From Patescibacteria group bacterium (GTDB lineage Bacteria; Patescibacteriota; Minisyncoccia; Phycocordibacterales; Phycocordibacteraceae), in the NCBI GenBank assembly GCA_019752595.1, contig JAIELV010000001.1, forward strand, positions 56,486 to 120,485: DNA of 64,000 nt. The letters run 5' to 3'. This document shows, in pieces, positions 43,318 through 52,914 of this stretch. A program made the translations under genes and the position numbers. The notes below the pieces were generated by a model. It saw nothing but the letters and a program-made list of their open reading frames with translations, had not been told where the DNA came from and ran no database searches. Numbering within the stretch: position 1 is the first letter of the stretch; the number at the start of each line of letters is the position of its first letter.

Positions 43318-44958
43318 ATGAAGGCGTCCGATTTGTTCGTCATTGCCCTTGAGGAGGAAGGGGTGAAATACATGTTCGGCGTGCCAGGCGAGGAAAACCT
43401 CGACCTTTTGGAGTCACTCCGCACATCTACTATTAAGTTCATTACCACACGCGACGAACGTTCCGCAGGTTTTATGGCGGCGACTGTCGGGAGGCTTACA
43501 GGCAAGGCTGGTGTCGCGCTCTCCACGTTGGGTCCTGGCGCAACGAACTTTGTAACTGCAACTGCGTACGCCCAGCTCGGTGCGATGCCAGCAGTTTTCA
43601 TTACAGGACAAAAACCAATCACGAAATCGCGCCAAGGCTCGTTCCAAATCATCGACACGAATGATTTATTCCTTCCGATTACGAAACTTACGAAACAGGT
43701 GAAAAGCGTGAATACGATTCCTTCAATAGTGAGGGAAACTTTTAGACGTGTGGAGGAAGAACGACCAGGCGCAGCACATATTGAACTCCCCGAAGACATT
43801 GCCGCGCAAATGGGTGAGGCGCGTATATTCCCCGTAACCGAAGTCAGAAGGCCACTGGCCGAGGAGAAAGCGATTAGAAAAGCGGTAGTCATGCTTATGG
43901 AAGCAAAGCGTCCGTTGATTCTGGTTGGTGCTGGTGCAAACAGAAATCGAACGGCGCGAATGCTCACAGGGTTAGTGGAGAAAACAGGCATCCCATTTTT
44001 CAACACGCAGATGGGAAAAGGGGTTATTGATGAGCATCATGCGCAGTATTTGGGAACGGCTGCGCTTTCAGCAGATGACTATATTCACTGTGCGATTGAT
44101 CGTGCCGATTTGGTAATCAATTTCGGACACGACATTGTAGAGAAACCACCCTTCATCATGAAGCGAAACAGCGCAAAGGTGATTCATGTAAACTTTCTTC
44201 CCGCACAGGTGGACGATGTGTACGCACCTGACCTTGAAGTCGTGGGCGATATCGCAAACGCCGCATGGCAGATATCCGAACAGCTTTCCCCGCAGTCGCA
44301 CTGGGATTTTGAACCTTTCTATAAAGTAAAGCGTGCGCTTGAAGAGGAAATTGCAACGGACTCAGCGAAGGAGGGCTTCCCGCTCATACCACAAAGAATC
44401 GTACGCGAAGTAGGAGAGGGGGTTACGAAAGATGGAATTATTTCTCTCGACAACGGCATGTACAAAATATGGTTTGCGAGAAATCATAAAGTCTCGTACC
44501 CGAACACGCTTCTTTTGGATAACGCACTTGCAACGATGGGTGCAGGTTTGCCGTCTGCGATGGCAGCAAAATTACTTCATTCTGAAAAGCAGGTGGTAGC
44601 GGTGGTGGGCGACGGAGGTTTAATGATGACGGTTGGAGAATTAGAAACCGCCAAACGCCTGAACCTCGATTTGACGGTCGTTGTGTTAAACGACAACGGC
44701 TACGGAATGATTAAGTGGAAACAGGAAGCTGAAGGTTTCAAGGATTACGGCCTTTCATTTTCCAATCCTGACTTTATTCAGCTTGCGGAAAGCTTTGGCA
44801 TGAAAGGGCATCGGGTGACGAAGGCGGGGGAATTGACCGCACTTCTAAGAAAAGCGCATGAGGAAAAGGGCTTACATTTGATTGAAGTGCCGATAGATTA
44901 TACTGAGAACGACAGAGTATTCACCAAAGGTTTGAAAACGTTGGTGTGTCCTGTCTAA
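43318..44958 (+). CDS. ThDP-dependent enzyme, acetolactate synthase large-subunit-like
   Basis: FGVPGEEN, GPGATN, GDGG...NDN ThDP motif. Confidence 0.9.
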   Translation: MKASDLFVIALEEEGVKYMFGVPGEENLDLLESLRTSTIKFITTRDERSAGFMAATVGRLTGKAGVALSTLGPGATNFVTATAYAQLGAMPAVFITGQKPITKSRQGSFQIIDTNDLFLPITKLTKQVKSVNTIPSIVRETFRRVEEERPGAAHIELPEDIAAQMGEARIFPVTEVRRPLAEEKAIRKAVVMLMEAKRPLILVGAGANRNRTARMLTGLVEKTGIPFFNTQMGKGVIDEHHAQYLGTAALSADDYIHCAIDRADLVINFGHDIVEKPPFIMKRNSAKVIHVNFLPAQVDDVYAPDLEVVGDIANAAWQISEQLSPQSHWDFEPFYKVKRALEEEIATDSAKEGFPLIPQRIVREVGEGVTKDGIISLDNGMYKIWFARNHKVSYPNTLLLDNALATMGAGLPSAMAAKLLHSEKQVVAVVGDGGLMMTVGELETAKRLNLDLTVVVLNDNGYGMIKWKQEAEGFKDYGLSFSNPDFIQLAESFGMKGHRVTKAGELTALLRKAHEEKGLHLIEVPIDYTENDRVFTKGLKTLVCPV

Positions 44959-44961
44959 TCA

Positions 44962-46332
44962 ATGCAAATTTCACAAAATCCAGCGACAGAAGAAATACTA
45001 AAGGAAGTCCCTGAACTCACGGACGCTGAGATAGATGAAAAGCTTGCGCGCGCAGTCTTCGCTCAGAAAGCCTGGCGAGAGGTACCGTTTTCAAAACGGG
45101 CGGAGCTTTTTAAAAAACTAGCCCTCATTTTCAGAAGTGAGAAAGAAGTCATTGGAAAAATGATTGCGCTTGAGATGGGCAGACCGCTCGCGGCAGCAAT
45201 TGCTGAATCGGAGAAATCTGCCTGGGCATGCGAATACTATGCAGATAATGCAGAACGACTGCTCACTCCAGAGCCGTTTCCTGAAGGCGCAGGCGAAGGA
45301 GAGATTCGCTTTGAACCCCTGGGCGTCATTCTTGCGGTCATGCCGTGGAATTACCCCTTCTGGCAGGTGGTGCGCTTTGCAGCGCCATCGTTGATGGCGG
45401 GGAACGGGGGGCTTTTAAAGCATGCCTCAAACGTGCCCCAGTCGGCCGCGATGCTCGAGCAGTTATTTTTGAAAGCGGGTTTTCCTGAAGGGGTATTTCA
45501 GAACTTGCCAATTTCTATTCCGCAAACCGCCACAGTAATTGATGACCCACGTGTGGTGGCGGTTACGCTCACAGGAAGCGTGCGTGCAGGTACTTCTGTG
45601 GGGGAAAGAGCAGGGAGAAATTTGAAGAAAATCGTTCTTGAGCTTGGTGGCTCAGATCCGTTTATAGTCTTGAAAGATGCAGATATTACAGAGGCGGCAC
45701 GCGTGGGTGCCGTGGCGCGATTGCAGAATGCGGGGCAAACCTGTATTGCCGCAAAGCGTTTTATTGTTGAGAGGGAAATTGCTGATACGTTTTTGAATGT
45801 ACTCAAGGCAGAGTTTGAAAAATACACCGTCGGTGACCCGATGGATGCGAATGTGATGATGGGCCCTCTCGCGACCAAAAGTATTCTGGACGGCGTTTCG
45901 GAGCAGGTGAGAAAGTCTGTAGAAATGGGGGCAAAGGTGGTTATCGGCGGTACGCCTATCGAAGGAAAGGGCTTCTTCTATATGCCTACGATTCTCACGA
46001 ATTTGAAAAAAGGCATGCCTGCCTACGATGAAGAGATATTCGGCCCCGTAGCTTCCATCATCCCTGTAGAGAGTGAGGAAGAAGCACTAGCGGTTGCAAA
46101 TGATACAGAATTCGGGCTCGGCGCATCCATCTGGACGAAAGACATTGAAAAGGCAAAGAAGCTAGCGGGGAGGATTGAAGCGGGCGCGGTGTTCATTAAC
46201 GCGCAAGTGAAGTCAGATCCGCGCTTGCCGTTTGGTGGTGTAAAGAAAAGCGGTCACGGCAGAGAGCTTGGTGAATACGGCGTCAAGGAATTCGTAAACG
46301 CAAAAACAGTGGCGATTACCCGACCCGTGTAA
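44962..46332 (+). CDS. NAD(P)-dependent succinate-semialdehyde dehydrogenase-like ALDH
   Basis: MPWNYP, KHAS, LTGS, LELGG, GQTC, EEIFGP. Confidence 0.9.
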   Translation: MQISQNPATEEILKEVPELTDAEIDEKLARAVFAQKAWREVPFSKRAELFKKLALIFRSEKEVIGKMIALEMGRPLAAAIAESEKSAWACEYYADNAERLLTPEPFPEGAGEGEIRFEPLGVILAVMPWNYPFWQVVRFAAPSLMAGNGGLLKHASNVPQSAAMLEQLFLKAGFPEGVFQNLPISIPQTATVIDDPRVVAVTLTGSVRAGTSVGERAGRNLKKIVLELGGSDPFIVLKDADITEAARVGAVARLQNAGQTCIAAKRFIVEREIADTFLNVLKAEFEKYTVGDPMDANVMMGPLATKSILDGVSEQVRKSVEMGAKVVIGGTPIEGKGFFYMPTILTNLKKGMPAYDEEIFGPVASIIPVESEEEALAVANDTEFGLGASIWTKDIEKAKKLAGRIEAGAVFINAQVKSDPRLPFGGVKKSGHGRELGEYGVKEFVNAKTVAITRPV

Positions 46333-46349
46333 CGTACGCAGAAGAGACT

Positions 46350-46387
46350 CACGATAACTGATATGATATATCATATCAGTTATCGTG
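46350..46387. repeat. Perfect 38-bp palindrome, family F copy 2
   Basis: CACGATAACTGATATGATA|TATCATATCAGTTATCGTG. Confidence 0.8.
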
Positions 46388-46411
46388 GCGGTCTAGATTA
46401 GAAAAATAGAA

Positions 46412-47815
46412 TTAAAACAACTTGCTGGTTTCCAGTTGTTTGAATTCTTTTGCGCGCTCTTTAATATCAATCGGATATTCGCCTGTAAAACATGAGGTCG
46501 AGAACACTTCGACAGGAAGCCCTGTTGCGCGCACCATGCCTTCAAAGGATAAATAGTGGAGGGAAGTGGCGCCCAGGTATTCGCGGATGTCTTCAGGGGA
46601 TTTACGAGCAGCAATCAAATCTTTTTGGTCAGGAGTATCGATGCCATAGAAATCAGGGTAGCGAACTGGAGGAGATGAGACCAAGAAATGCACTTCCTGT
46701 GCGCCCGCGTCTTTCAGCATTTGTACTAACTGTTTGGAGGTCGTTCCTCGAACAATAGAATCGTCCATAACAACCACTTTTTTCCCACGAATCACTTCGA
46801 CAATTGGTGTGAGTTTTATTTTGACACCCTGTTCACGTATGTGCTGTTCAGGCTGAATGAAGGTACGGTGAATGTAGCGGTTTTTATTCAAACCCATTTC
46901 CATTGGGATACCCAGCGCTTGCGAGTAACCGATAGCAACGGGAAGCGATGTTTCAGGAATCGGGATAATGACGTCCGCCTTGACAGGGTATTCCTTTGCG
47001 AGTTCTTTGCCAAAGTTTTTACGCACTTCGTACACCGATTTGCCTAGTAGCTGTGAATCAGGGCGGGCAAAATACACGAACTCAAAAATATCCAATTTTT
47101 GCGTACCCCACGCTACTTTTACCGAACGCAAACCGCTTTCGTTCACCACCACCATTTCTCCAGGCTCAACGTCGCGAAGGTGTGTAGCGCCTATCGGATG
47201 AAACGCGCAAGTTTCCGAAGCGAAAATGTATCCACCGTTTAATGTACCGATTGAAAGCGGGCGCACGCCATAGGAGTCGCGAATCGCGACTATGGAGTGC
47301 TTGTCCATCATCAAAATTGAAAACGCCCCAGTCATGATGGGGAATACTTTTTGTACTGCTTCTTCAAGATGCACGCCTTCGCGTAAATAAACCGCAACCG
47401 CTTCCGCAATCATCTCTGAATCCGAAAGCATTTTGTACGAAATGTTTTTGGAAGCAAGAAATTCTTGAAGGAGAGTGGTGGAGGGCAAATTGCCGTTATG
47501 GACGAGCGACAAACCAACATCTTCAATCACTGCAGGCTGTGCGTGCTTTACCGATGAGCTCTTTGAGGTTGAGTAGCGGTTGTGTCCGACCGCAATAGAT
47601 CCAGGCAATTTAAGAATGTCTTTTTCTGCGAATACTTGGGCGACAAGCCCCATCTTTTTATGAGTGTAAATCTTTTCGCCGTCGGTCGAGGAAATGCCAG
47701 AAGATTCCTGTCCGCGATGCTGGAGTGCGTACAGGCCGAAGAAGGTAAGGCGCGCCGCGTCCATGCCTTTCCCATAGACGCCGAAAACACCACACTTTTC
47801 GCCGAGGTCAGCCAT
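46412..47815 (-). CDS. purF: Amidophosphoribosyltransferase
   Basis: CGVFG, LQHRGQ, GHNRYST, VYFARPDS, DDSIVRGTT. Confidence 0.95.
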   Translation of the reverse strand: MADLGEKCGVFGVYGKGMDAARLTFFGLYALQHRGQESSGISSTDGEKIYTHKKMGLVAQVFAEKDILKLPGSIAVGHNRYSTSKSSSVKHAQPAVIEDVGLSLVHNGNLPSTTLLQEFLASKNISYKMLSDSEMIAEAVAVYLREGVHLEEAVQKVFPIMTGAFSILMMDKHSIVAIRDSYGVRPLSIGTLNGGYIFASETCAFHPIGATHLRDVEPGEMVVVNESGLRSVKVAWGTQKLDIFEFVYFARPDSQLLGKSVYEVRKNFGKELAKEYPVKADVIIPIPETSLPVAIGYSQALGIPMEMGLNKNRYIHRTFIQPEQHIREQGVKIKLTPIVEVIRGKKVVVMDDSIVRGTTSKQLVQMLKDAGAQEVHFLVSSPPVRYPDFYGIDTPDQKDLIAARKSPEDIREYLGATSLHYLSFEGMVRATGLPVEVFSTSCFTGEYPIDIKERAKEFKQLETSKLF

Positions 47816-47934
47816 TACGATGAGTATAGCAAATACTCCGCGTATGCGCATTTGTATCTACGCAGATACTGCTCTTGCGAGGTACAATGCACATAGCGAG
47901 GTACGTGGTACGCACTACCGAACGTGTTTTCATA

Positions 47935-48657
47935 ATGCGCACGAGCTTTATCATTCCTGCATATAACGAAGAAAAATATCTTCCCGCTGTTCTCTCAACG
48001 CTCACGGAAGAAATAGCACGGCAGGGCAGTGATTTTGAATGTGAAATTATTGTGGTTGATAACGCCTCTACTGACCGCACGCGTGAAGTGGCAGAATCGT
48101 TTCCGAATGTACACCTGACAGTCGAATCAAAAAAAGGTTCAAGTTTTGCTCGTCAAACGGGATTTCAAAAAGCTTCAGGGGAGATTTTGGTATTTTTTGA
48201 CGCTGATGTACGAGTGCCAGCGGGTTGGATCAGTACCATGCTTTCTGAAATAAAAAAACCAAGCGTTGTAGCGGTGAGTGGTCCCTACATATATTACGAT
48301 CTACCCTCACCATGGCGCTCGGTTGCCTGGCCATACGCGGTCATTCTGGGAAACATCGCACATATGGCAACGGGCTACTGCGTTGCGGGCGGGAATTTGG
48401 TGATTAAGAAAAGCGCACTTGAAGCAATCGGCGGTTTTGATACATCCGTTCTTTTTTACGGAGATGATTTGGACGTCGCGCGTAGGTTGAACGCAGTCGG
48501 CAAAGTGGTGTATACAAAAAAGCTTCCTGTCGAAGCCTCAGCTCGCCGCTTTAACGCGCGCGGAGTGGTAAAGACGACAGGCATTTACGCAGCGAATTTC
48601 CTCTCGGTCGCGCTTCGCAAACGACCGATACGCGCAGAATTTCACGATGTTCGGTAA
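47935..48657 (+). CDS. Glycosyltransferase family 2
   Basis: IIPAYNEE, VDNASTD, DAD. Confidence 0.9.
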   Translation: MRTSFIIPAYNEEKYLPAVLSTLTEEIARQGSDFECEIIVVDNASTDRTREVAESFPNVHLTVESKKGSSFARQTGFQKASGEILVFFDADVRVPAGWISTMLSEIKKPSVVAVSGPYIYYDLPSPWRSVAWPYAVILGNIAHMATGYCVAGGNLVIKKSALEAIGGFDTSVLFYGDDLDVARRLNAVGKVVYTKKLPVEASARRFNARGVVKTTGIYAANFLSVALRKRPIRAEFHDVR

Positions 48658-49284
48658 TTAGGTGCGCGGGTTTGAGCGAAGCCACTCAATTTGGTTCGCC
48701 GCATCGCGTTCTATCTTTGTCGCGTTTCGTATAAATTTCTTTTGCGAGGGTGAGTAAATCCGATGGTGCGGTGTTTTTGCAAGTAACGTGTCCACGTCCC
48801 ATAAATTCTTCTCAGATGTCACCCAGCCTTTGTCGAACTTTTTTAGATTTACAGGGTCAGAGTAGGAGATAAGAGTTTTTTCGCCACTGACATAGAAGAA
48901 CCATTCGTGAAAGTAGGAGAGCGCGAGTTCACGCGGTGTTTTGTATACGGGGTCGCGGAAACGCAGGCCAGGGTGGTTTGTTTTTGAAATCGCGCCCCAG
49001 TATCCGTTCTTTTTGTAGAGCGCGATTACGTGGTCGTCGTCCTGCACGTGTGACACGAGGTCCATCAAAAGCGGTTGTTCGCCGTGGTACCAAAAAATCG
49101 CAGCCGCGAGCATTGCGCCCTCGATGCACTGAGCTTTCTTTTTACGAAGAACCTTTCGCGGGGAATAGTGGGTGTGTCCGCTCTTCTCGTGGTTCATCGG
49201 AAGCTTATCCAAAAAGTTTTGAACCTTTATAGGCGTGTTCAGACTTTTAAAAACCTTCTCCTCGTCAGGCGTTAAATCGAACAT
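48658..49284 (-). CDS. Conserved hypothetical protein, possibly transglutaminase/papain-like Cys-His fold
   Basis: AQCIEGA, DDHVIALY, WGAISK. Confidence 0.7.
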   Translation of the reverse strand: MFDLTPDEEKVFKSLNTPIKVQNFLDKLPMNHEKSGHTHYSPRKVLRKKKAQCIEGAMLAAAIFWYHGEQPLLMDLVSHVQDDDHVIALYKKNGYWGAISKTNHPGLRFRDPVYKTPRELALSYFHEWFFYVSGEKTLISYSDPVNLKKFDKGWVTSEKNLWDVDTLLAKTPHHRIYSPSQKKFIRNATKIERDAANQIEWLRSNPRT

Positions 49285-49365
49285 ACGGATATCATAATCC
49301 ACAAAATGAATATCTTTACCGCTCCTAACCCTGTGGTACAGTAAGCGGGCGCGGAAACGCGTACT

Positions 49366-49497
49366 ATTTATCAAGAGTTGCGGGGAGGGAATTGGCCCGA
49401 TAATCCGCACGGCAACCATCTGGAAACACAGAAAGGTGCCACTTCCAACCCTTACCCAGCCTACGCGAAAGCTTTGGCGGGCAGAGAGGGAAAGATA
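49366..49497 (+). ncRNA. SAM-I (S-box) riboswitch aptamer upstream of metK
   Basis: TTATCAAGAG, kink-turn P2 (GAGGGA..GGCCCGAT), GGCAACC...GGTGCC P3, GAAAGAT; located 5' of metK. Confidence 0.9.
49455..49484 (-). repeat. Palindromic repeat family A, copy inside riboswitch P4
   Basis: Reverse complement reads CTGCCCGCCAAAGCTTTCGCGTAGGCTGGG. Confidence 0.7.
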
Positions 49498-49519
49498 TCC
49501 GATGACTTTCGTCTGACGT

Positions 49520-49544
49520 ATCTTTCCGCAAGGAAAGATTTTTT
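49520..49544 (+). terminator. Riboswitch expression-platform terminator
   Basis: ATCTTTCC-GCAA-GGAAAGAT-TTTTT; its 5' arm is also complementary to the aptamer 3' GGAAAGATA (antiterminator). Confidence 0.8.
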
Positions 49545-49556
49545 AATTAAATCACT

Positions 49557-50537
49557 ATGATAAGAACAGCAGAATCAGTTACGCAGTCGCATCCCGACAA
49601 AGTGTGCGACCAAATATCAGACGCAATTTTAGACGCGTGTCTTAAGGATGACCCGACGTCACGCGTTGCGGTTGAAACTATGGGCGGCCACGGCATTATT
49701 TCAATTACAGGCGAGCTGACAACGAAAACGTACGTCAACATGCGCGCGATTGCTCAGCAGGTGTACAAAGACTGCGGATATGGAGAAAACATAGGCGTCA
49801 ACGTGAACGTCGTTGAGCAGAGCCCTGAAATTGCCGCAGGTGTGAACCAGGACGGCGCAGGTGACCAAGGAATCATGGTTGGCTACGCAACTGCAGAGAC
49901 TCCAGAAATGCTTCCTTTAGAAGTAATGCTCTCGCGCCATTTGGCGCGCGCTATGGGGCCTCGCGACGGAAAATCACAGGTCACGGTACAGGACGGGAAA
50001 GTGCTTTCGTTTATCACTTCAGTCTGTGCGCCAGATGCGGCATCGGAAGCTGCGCTTGAGAAAGCGGTGAATGATCACATTGTGCCAATTCTCGCGCCTG
50101 GTGTTGATTTGAAAAAAGCATGGCTTCGAAACCCGAACGGAAAGTGGGACATCGGCGGTTTTGCCGCGGACACGGGACTTACGGGAAGAAAACTTGCAGT
50201 CGACAATTATGGTCCGTCCATTCCTTTGGGTGGCGGATGTTTCTCAGGTAAGGACGCGACAAAAGTAGACCGCTCGGCTGCGTACATGGCGCGAAGAATT
50301 GCGGTTGATTACCTCAAAAAGAAAGGTGCGAAAGAGGTGTATGTACATGTTGCATACGCAATCGGTGTCGCCGATCCTTTGATGGCAGTAGTAACTGTTG
50401 ATGGCGTACAGGAAAACATCAGCGGATACGATTTGCGTCCGAAGGCGATTATTGATTTCTTGGACCTTAGGAAGCCTCAGTTCAGAGTGACGTCACAATA
50501 CGGTCACTTTGGAAACGGCTTTACCTGGGACCGCTAA
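49557..50537 (+). CDS. metK: S-adenosylmethionine synthetase (short form)
   Basis: ESV..SHPDK, GAGDQG, GLTGRK, FSGKD..KVDRS. Confidence 0.96.
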   Translation: MIRTAESVTQSHPDKVCDQISDAILDACLKDDPTSRVAVETMGGHGIISITGELTTKTYVNMRAIAQQVYKDCGYGENIGVNVNVVEQSPEIAAGVNQDGAGDQGIMVGYATAETPEMLPLEVMLSRHLARAMGPRDGKSQVTVQDGKVLSFITSVCAPDAASEAALEKAVNDHIVPILAPGVDLKKAWLRNPNGKWDIGGFAADTGLTGRKLAVDNYGPSIPLGGGCFSGKDATKVDRSAAYMARRIAVDYLKKKGAKEVYVHVAYAIGVADPLMAVVTVDGVQENISGYDLRPKAIIDFLDLRKPQFRVTSQYGHFGNGFTWDR

Positions 50538-50568
50538 AGGCAGAAATGTTATACTTTGTAACTCAACG

Positions 50569-51579
50569 ATGAAAATCGCGATTGTGACAGATGCCTGGTT
50601 TCCGCACGTCTCTGGCGTAGCGACCACCATAAAGGCAACAAAAGACGAGCTCGAGAAAATGGGGCATACGGTCCTCGTTATCGGTCCCGCCGATTTCGAT
50701 TTCCGCGTTCCTCTGCCAACGTACTCAGAAATCAAGCTCGCGCTTTTTGCGGACAGCAAGCTTGCGAAGATGCTCGACGGATTCCGTCCTGACGCAATTC
50801 ACATTTCTGTTGAAGGGCCGTTGGGAATGGCAGCGCGCGGATACTGCAACAAAAGGAAACTTCCATACACGACTGCGTATCACACGATGTTTCCTGAATA
50901 CGTGAATCTCCGAACAGGTATTCCTGTGTCATGGATTTATGTATTTGCTCGCTGGTTCCATTCTGGCGCAGTACGGACAATGGTTGCCACACCGCCCCTT
51001 ATGGAGACTCTCACAAAACGCGGATTCAAGAACCTCGCGTTCTGGAACAGAGGAGTCGATACCACCATCTTCAACACGGAAGATCCGCTTCCACTTCCAG
51101 GCACGAAACCAATCTTCATGTACATGGGGCGCGTAGCAGTTGAAAAAAACATCGAGGCGTTTTTGAAGTTAGATTTGCCAGGAACAAAATATATTGTTGG
51201 TGACGGTCCTGCTCGAAAAGCACTTGAATCGAAATATCCAGAAGTAACGTTTACGGGCTACAAATTCGGACGTGAATTGGCACGCCACGTAGCTGCAGCT
51301 GACGTCTTTGTGTTTCCGTCATTGACGGATACGTTAGGTCTCGTGATGCTCGAAGGAAACGCCTGCGGAGTGCCTGTCGCTGCGCTTCCATCTGAAGCTA
51401 CAAATACCGTTGTGAAGCAGGGAGTAAACGGAGTTGTTTCTGCCGACTTGAAACAAGCGTGTCTTGATGCATTGAAGCTTGATCGTGCAAAGGTGCGCGA
51501 ATATGCGCTTGAATTTGGTTGGAAAAAACCAACTGAGCTGTTCCTTGCGAACCTCGAAGCTTCTCCTGAAGCGAAGTAA
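50569..51579 (+). CDS. Glycosyltransferase family 4 (GT-B)
   Basis: TDAWFP..GV, GRVAVEKN, FPSLTDTLGLVMLE. Confidence 0.9.
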   Translation: MKIAIVTDAWFPHVSGVATTIKATKDELEKMGHTVLVIGPADFDFRVPLPTYSEIKLALFADSKLAKMLDGFRPDAIHISVEGPLGMAARGYCNKRKLPYTTAYHTMFPEYVNLRTGIPVSWIYVFARWFHSGAVRTMVATPPLMETLTKRGFKNLAFWNRGVDTTIFNTEDPLPLPGTKPIFMYMGRVAVEKNIEAFLKLDLPGTKYIVGDGPARKALESKYPEVTFTGYKFGRELARHVAAADVFVFPSLTDTLGLVMLEGNACGVPVAALPSEATNTVVKQGVNGVVSADLKQACLDALKLDRAKVREYALEFGWKKPTELFLANLEASPEAK

Positions 51580-51588
51580 GACACAGTC

Positions 51589-52194
51589 ATGGCATTAGAT
51601 GGTGGCATAGAACGTCTGAACACAAGCGCTCCTTTTACGTACGAAGCTTTTGTTGCCTTGGTTCAACAGGAAGCACGAGCACTTCATGCGTTTGCGTTGT
51701 CTTTGACGAAGAACCTTGCTGGCGCAGATGATCTTATCCAAGAAACTCTTGAGTCAGCTTTAAAAAAGTGGCGCACGTTTGACTCGAGCCTCACTATGGG
51801 GCCGTGGCTTAAAGGAATAATGAGGAATCGATTTATTGATAGTTACCGTAGAGTTCTCGTACGGAAGGAAATACCCTTATCTGACGTTCATGAAGCGTTT
51901 CTCGGCGCCACGTCGGCACTCGCCCAATTTAACGCACCTTCAAAAAGTGAAGAACAAAAAATTACCATAACAAACGCTCACACTCTTGCGCGGGAGTTAC
52001 TTGCGACCTTGCCAGAAGAGCAACGCAGAGTCGTACTTATGGAACAAGATGCTGATATGACGAATGAAGATATAGCGTATGTTTTAAATATTCCACTAGG
52101 TACGGTAAAAAGTCGCCTGCGTTTAGCAAAAGAGAAATTACAGAGGGAACTTGTGAAAAGAGGTATTACTGTTGAAACACTCTTCGTCACATGA
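51589..52194 (+). CDS. ECF-type RNA polymerase sigma factor
   Basis: Region 2 ADDLIQET...WL..IMRN; region 4 IA..LNIPLGTVKSRL. Confidence 0.88.
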   Translation: MALDGGIERLNTSAPFTYEAFVALVQQEARALHAFALSLTKNLAGADDLIQETLESALKKWRTFDSSLTMGPWLKGIMRNRFIDSYRRVLVRKEIPLSDVHEAFLGATSALAQFNAPSKSEEQKITITNAHTLARELLATLPEEQRRVVLMEQDADMTNEDIAYVLNIPLGTVKSRLRLAKEKLQRELVKRGITVETLFVT

Positions 52195-52910
52195 AATTTA
52201 TTGCACTCTTTCTTGGTCTCGCCGCACTCCTTATACTCGGTCACGAGGCATACCGCGTGTATCGTGCGTTTGCACTTGCGCGCCCAATAATCGATGCAGC
52301 GGTTCCGTACACGCAGGAGGGTAATGGCACGCGCGTGTTGTTTGCAGGGGAATCAACAGGCGTCGGTACGGGCGCATCACGCCCACAGGAATCAGTAGCG
52401 GGGCGTTTGGGCGCTGACACGCTCGACGCTACGATTGAGAACATTAGTAAAAACGGTGCGCGCATGAGTGATTTACTTTCGGCGTTGCGCTCACTTCCTG
52501 AAGAAAAAACATACGACGTCGTTGTTCTTCAAATTGGCGGAAATGACATACTGAATTTCACCTCACCCGAAAACGTTCGTACGGAATTGCGGTCGGCTCT
52601 CACAGAGGCGACAAAGAGGGGAAAGCGCGTCTACCTCATGACCACGGGTGACGTGGGGAATGCGCCAGCGTTTGGGCCTCTGCTTTCGCGATTGTATACC
52701 GCCCGTACGAATGAGCTCGCGCCCCTGTTCATTGAAGAAGCAAAAAACGCAGGGGCTACGTATGTTGATTTATTTGAACCGAGAGTAAGTGATCCGTTTT
52801 ACCTTGAACCGTTAAAATATCACGCGAAAGACGGCGTACACCCCTCGAGTGACGGGTACGCCATTTGGTATGGAAAACTTAAGAGTGCGATGAAATCAGA
52901 GGTACCATAG
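52191..52910 (+). CDS. SGNH/GDSL hydrolase, membrane-anchored
   Basis: GEST, GGND, DGVHP. Confidence 0.88.
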   Translation: MKFIALFLGLAALLILGHEAYRVYRAFALARPIIDAAVPYTQEGNGTRVLFAGESTGVGTGASRPQESVAGRLGADTLDATIENISKNGARMSDLLSALRSLPEEKTYDVVVLQIGGNDILNFTSPENVRTELRSALTEATKRGKRVYLMTTGDVGNAPAFGPLLSRLYTARTNELAPLFIEEAKNAGATYVDLFEPRVSDPFYLEPLKYHAKDGVHPSSDGYAIWYGKLKSAMKSEVP

Positions 52911-52914
52911 ACGT

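Noticed and set aside
49285-49419. N-terminal extension of the 48658 ORF and small ORF 49378..49560
   Set aside because: They overlap the divergent promoter and SAM riboswitch; the ATG at 49284 is more plausible.
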